Notes under the pieces: model-generated | Told to the model about the DNA's origin: nothing | The model's database searches: none | The model's input: the letters and a program-made list of their open reading frames with translations, nothing else | Part shown: positions 18,305 through 20,000 of the stretch, piece by piece | Layout of the letters: each line of letters opens with the position of its first letter | How positions within the stretch are numbered: position 1 is the first letter of the stretch | NCBI GenBank assembly: GCA_046331705.1 | Contig: JAXLQJ010000044.1 | Location: 46,323 to 66,322 of the forward strand | Origin: a bacterium | GTDB lineage: Bacteria > JADJOY01 | Direction: 5' to 3' | DNA length: 20,000 nt | Translations under genes and position numbers: made by a program

Positions 18305-18486
18305 CACTTCCCTCCTCGAAATCCGCCGCTTCGGTAGTAGTGGTAGCTGCGATAGCCGCCCGGCGCCGAGCGCACCGAAGCCGGCGCCACGGCGTGCTGC
18401 GCCTGGGGAATCCAGTTGACGCCGCGCCATTCGGTGTAGGCGAAGCCGCCGAGCAGCGCGGCACAGAAGAGCGTGTAGCGGATCAT
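18304..18486 (-). CDS. Small 60-aa protein (N-terminal hydrophobic segment; Ser/Arg/Tyr/Gly-rich tail ending GGFRGGK)
   Basis: Exactly fills the gap: ATGA overlap with the DUF4178 stop and TGATG overlap with the DUF350 start. Confidence 0.8.
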   Translation of the reverse strand: MIRYTLFCAALLGGFAYTEWRGVNWIPQAQHAVAPASVRSAPGGYRSYHYYRSGGFRGGK

Positions 18487-20000
18487 TCGTCGTCTCCGCC
18501 GGAGCTGGTCATCGGGTGGTCACTCTCGGACCATCGCGTGACCTCGAAGCTCTTGGAACGCAGCCACAGGAAGATCGGATAGATCACGATCCCGAAGAAC
18601 GTGATCACCGCCGGCGGCTTGAGGAACACGCCGCGAGTCACGGTGACGTACGCCGCCTGGGGAAGATTGCCCGAGACGTCCTTGCCGGAGACTGGCTCCA
18701 CCCGCAACAGGTAGCGACCTGGCTTCACCGAGCTCACGATGACGCGGCCCTGGTTCTTGCCTTCGCTCCACGACTCGCCGCCCTCGGTGCCGTAGTAGTA
18801 CGAGAGCTCGAGCCCCGCCAGCTCCGCTTCGCCGGTCGCTTCCTCGATGAGGGCGACGTCGAGGCCCACCCACGCGTTCGACACGTCGGCGCGCCCCGCG
18901 ATCTCGACCGCCGCGGGCGGCCCCGTCATCTCGAACGGCTCCGAGAGGGTCACGCTGCCCGGCGGCTCGAGCGGCACCTCCAGCGACAGCACGGTCTTGC
19001 GGGCGTGGTGATTGTCGACGGCGATGGCGATGGCGAGGAACGCGATCATCGCCATGGCAGCCACACCGAGCGCCGCCCACGACTTGGTGCGGAACGGGTT
19101 CGGCTGCGCCGGCGCGACACCCCGCGTCGCCGGCGCCTTCTCGCCCAGCTTGAACGCCTTCCAGACCTCGTCGCCCGTCAGGTACTCGCCGAGGGACCAG
19201 TTCTGTTCCTTGCCGGTGCGCTCGCACGAGAGCAGGTAGGGCGGCGACACGTAGTCGTCCATGTCGACCTGCTTCTGGGTGTCGAGGCGCCAGTAGAACT
19301 CGCCCTGGATCTCCAGGTAGCGCGCTCGCGACGTCTGGAAATGCTTGAACGGCCGCTTGTCGCAGGTGGCGATCACGTTCGGGATGACGCGTGACACGCG
19401 CCCCGCGGGGATCTCCTCGAGCAGCAGGAAATGCCCGTCCGACTCGCTCAGCCAGCGATAGCCCTTGGGGCCGTGGAGCAGATACTCGCGCCAGGTGTAG
19501 TCCTGGCCCTCCACGGTGACGCAGCGCTTCAGGTAGCCGATCACCTCGAGCGCGGTGTCGCGGATCGTGCCGCGCGAGCCGAGAGGAATGCCGGGCTTGG
19601 GCCGCTTCGCCGCCTCCGCCAGCAGCTCGAGCGCGCCGCTGGTGAGATCGAGGACCCCGTGGCAGCTCGCGCAGGTGAGCACCTTGGTATCCGCGAGCAG
19701 CGGCTTGACCGGGGAACCACAGCCGGGGCACGCGAGCGCCTCGGCCTTCGCCGAGCCCGCGACCTCCGGGACGCCACCGACGAGGTGCGCCGCGTCCCAC
19801 GCGATCCGACGCCCGAGGAAGACCAGCGTCTCGTCCGTGGCGTCGACGCCGTAGTCGAGGGTCACGTACTCGTCGTTGGCGCCGGTGGCGTCCACGAAGC
19901 GGTACGTGGCTCCCAGATCCGCGGTGAAGGGCAGCTCGCCCTCGGCGGACACGAACTTGCCCGCTCCCACCTCGCCGACGCGGAAACCACCCCATCGACC
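18483..20000 (-). CDS. DUF4178 domain-containing membrane protein (5' part outside the window)
   Basis: Frame is open to the window edge; 'SAEGELPF', Zn-ribbon 'CPGCGSP...CASC', second repeat 'IPLGSRG...VIG...WREYLL...GYRWLSESDGH...GEFYW', two TM segments, 'YYYGTEGGESWSEG', ends 'FEVTRWSESDH'. Confidence 0.88.
   Translation of the reverse strand, partial: GRWGGFRVGEVGAGKFVSAEGELPFTADLGATYRFVDATGANDEYVTLDYGVDATDETLVFLGRRIAWDAAHLVGGVPEVAGSAKAEALACPGCGSPVKPLLADTKVLTCASCHGVLDLTSGALELLAEAAKRPKPGIPLGSRGTIRDTALEVIGYLKRCVTVEGQDYTWREYLLHGPKGYRWLSESDGHFLLLEEIPAGRVSRVIPNVIATCDKRPFKHFQTSRARYLEIQGEFYWRLDTQKQVDMDDYVSPPYLLSCERTGKEQNWSLGEYLTGDEVWKAFKLGEKAPATRGVAPAQPNPFRTKSWAALGVAAMAMIAFLAIAIAVDNHHARKTVLSLEVPLEPPGSVTLSEPFEMTGPPAAVEIAGRADVSNAWVGLDVALIEEATGEAELAGLELSYYYGTEGGESWSEGKNQGRVIVSSVKPGRYLLRVEPVSGKDVSGNLPQAAYVTVTRGVFLKPPAVITFFGIVIYPIFLWLRSKSFEVTRWSESDHPMTSSGGDDE

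Noticed and set aside
19659-19673. CASCH in the DUF4178 protein as a heme c site
   Set aside because: It pairs with the upstream CPGC to form a Zn-ribbon in a region preceding the TM segments; a chance CxxCH match.

Overview
High-GC (roughly 70% by eye) bacterial chromosomal window with about 14 real genes; most other long ORFs in the track are GC-rich shadow frames. From left to right: a secreted CSLREA/choice-of-anchor-Q beta-helix protein (-) and a membrane-anchored helical protein (-); divergently, a PlsC-family acyltransferase translationally coupled to an unannotated GNAT-like protein (+) and a hybrid histidine kinase with two receiver domains (+); an RNB-family exoribonuclease and a Zn-motif hypothetical protein (-); a lipoprotein fusing a parallel beta-helix domain to a diheme c-type cytochrome (+). 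The right third is a minus-strand polyamine-related operon: DUF4178 protein (runs off the window), 60-aa peptide, DUF350, membrane-anchored aminopropyltransferase (speE-like), Tat-exported flavin amine oxidase and a His-motif membrane protein. The most striking unannotated signal is a ~145-165 nt multi-hairpin element present twice, on both sides of speE. The two copies have diverged in sequence but keep their structure through compensatory changes, and nearby hairpins pair with the stop and start codons of the flanking genes. Other leads are a possible non-canonical aminolipid synthase pair with an upstream palindromic operator, and leaderless-type promoters. All domain calls come from motif recognition by eye; no searches were run.
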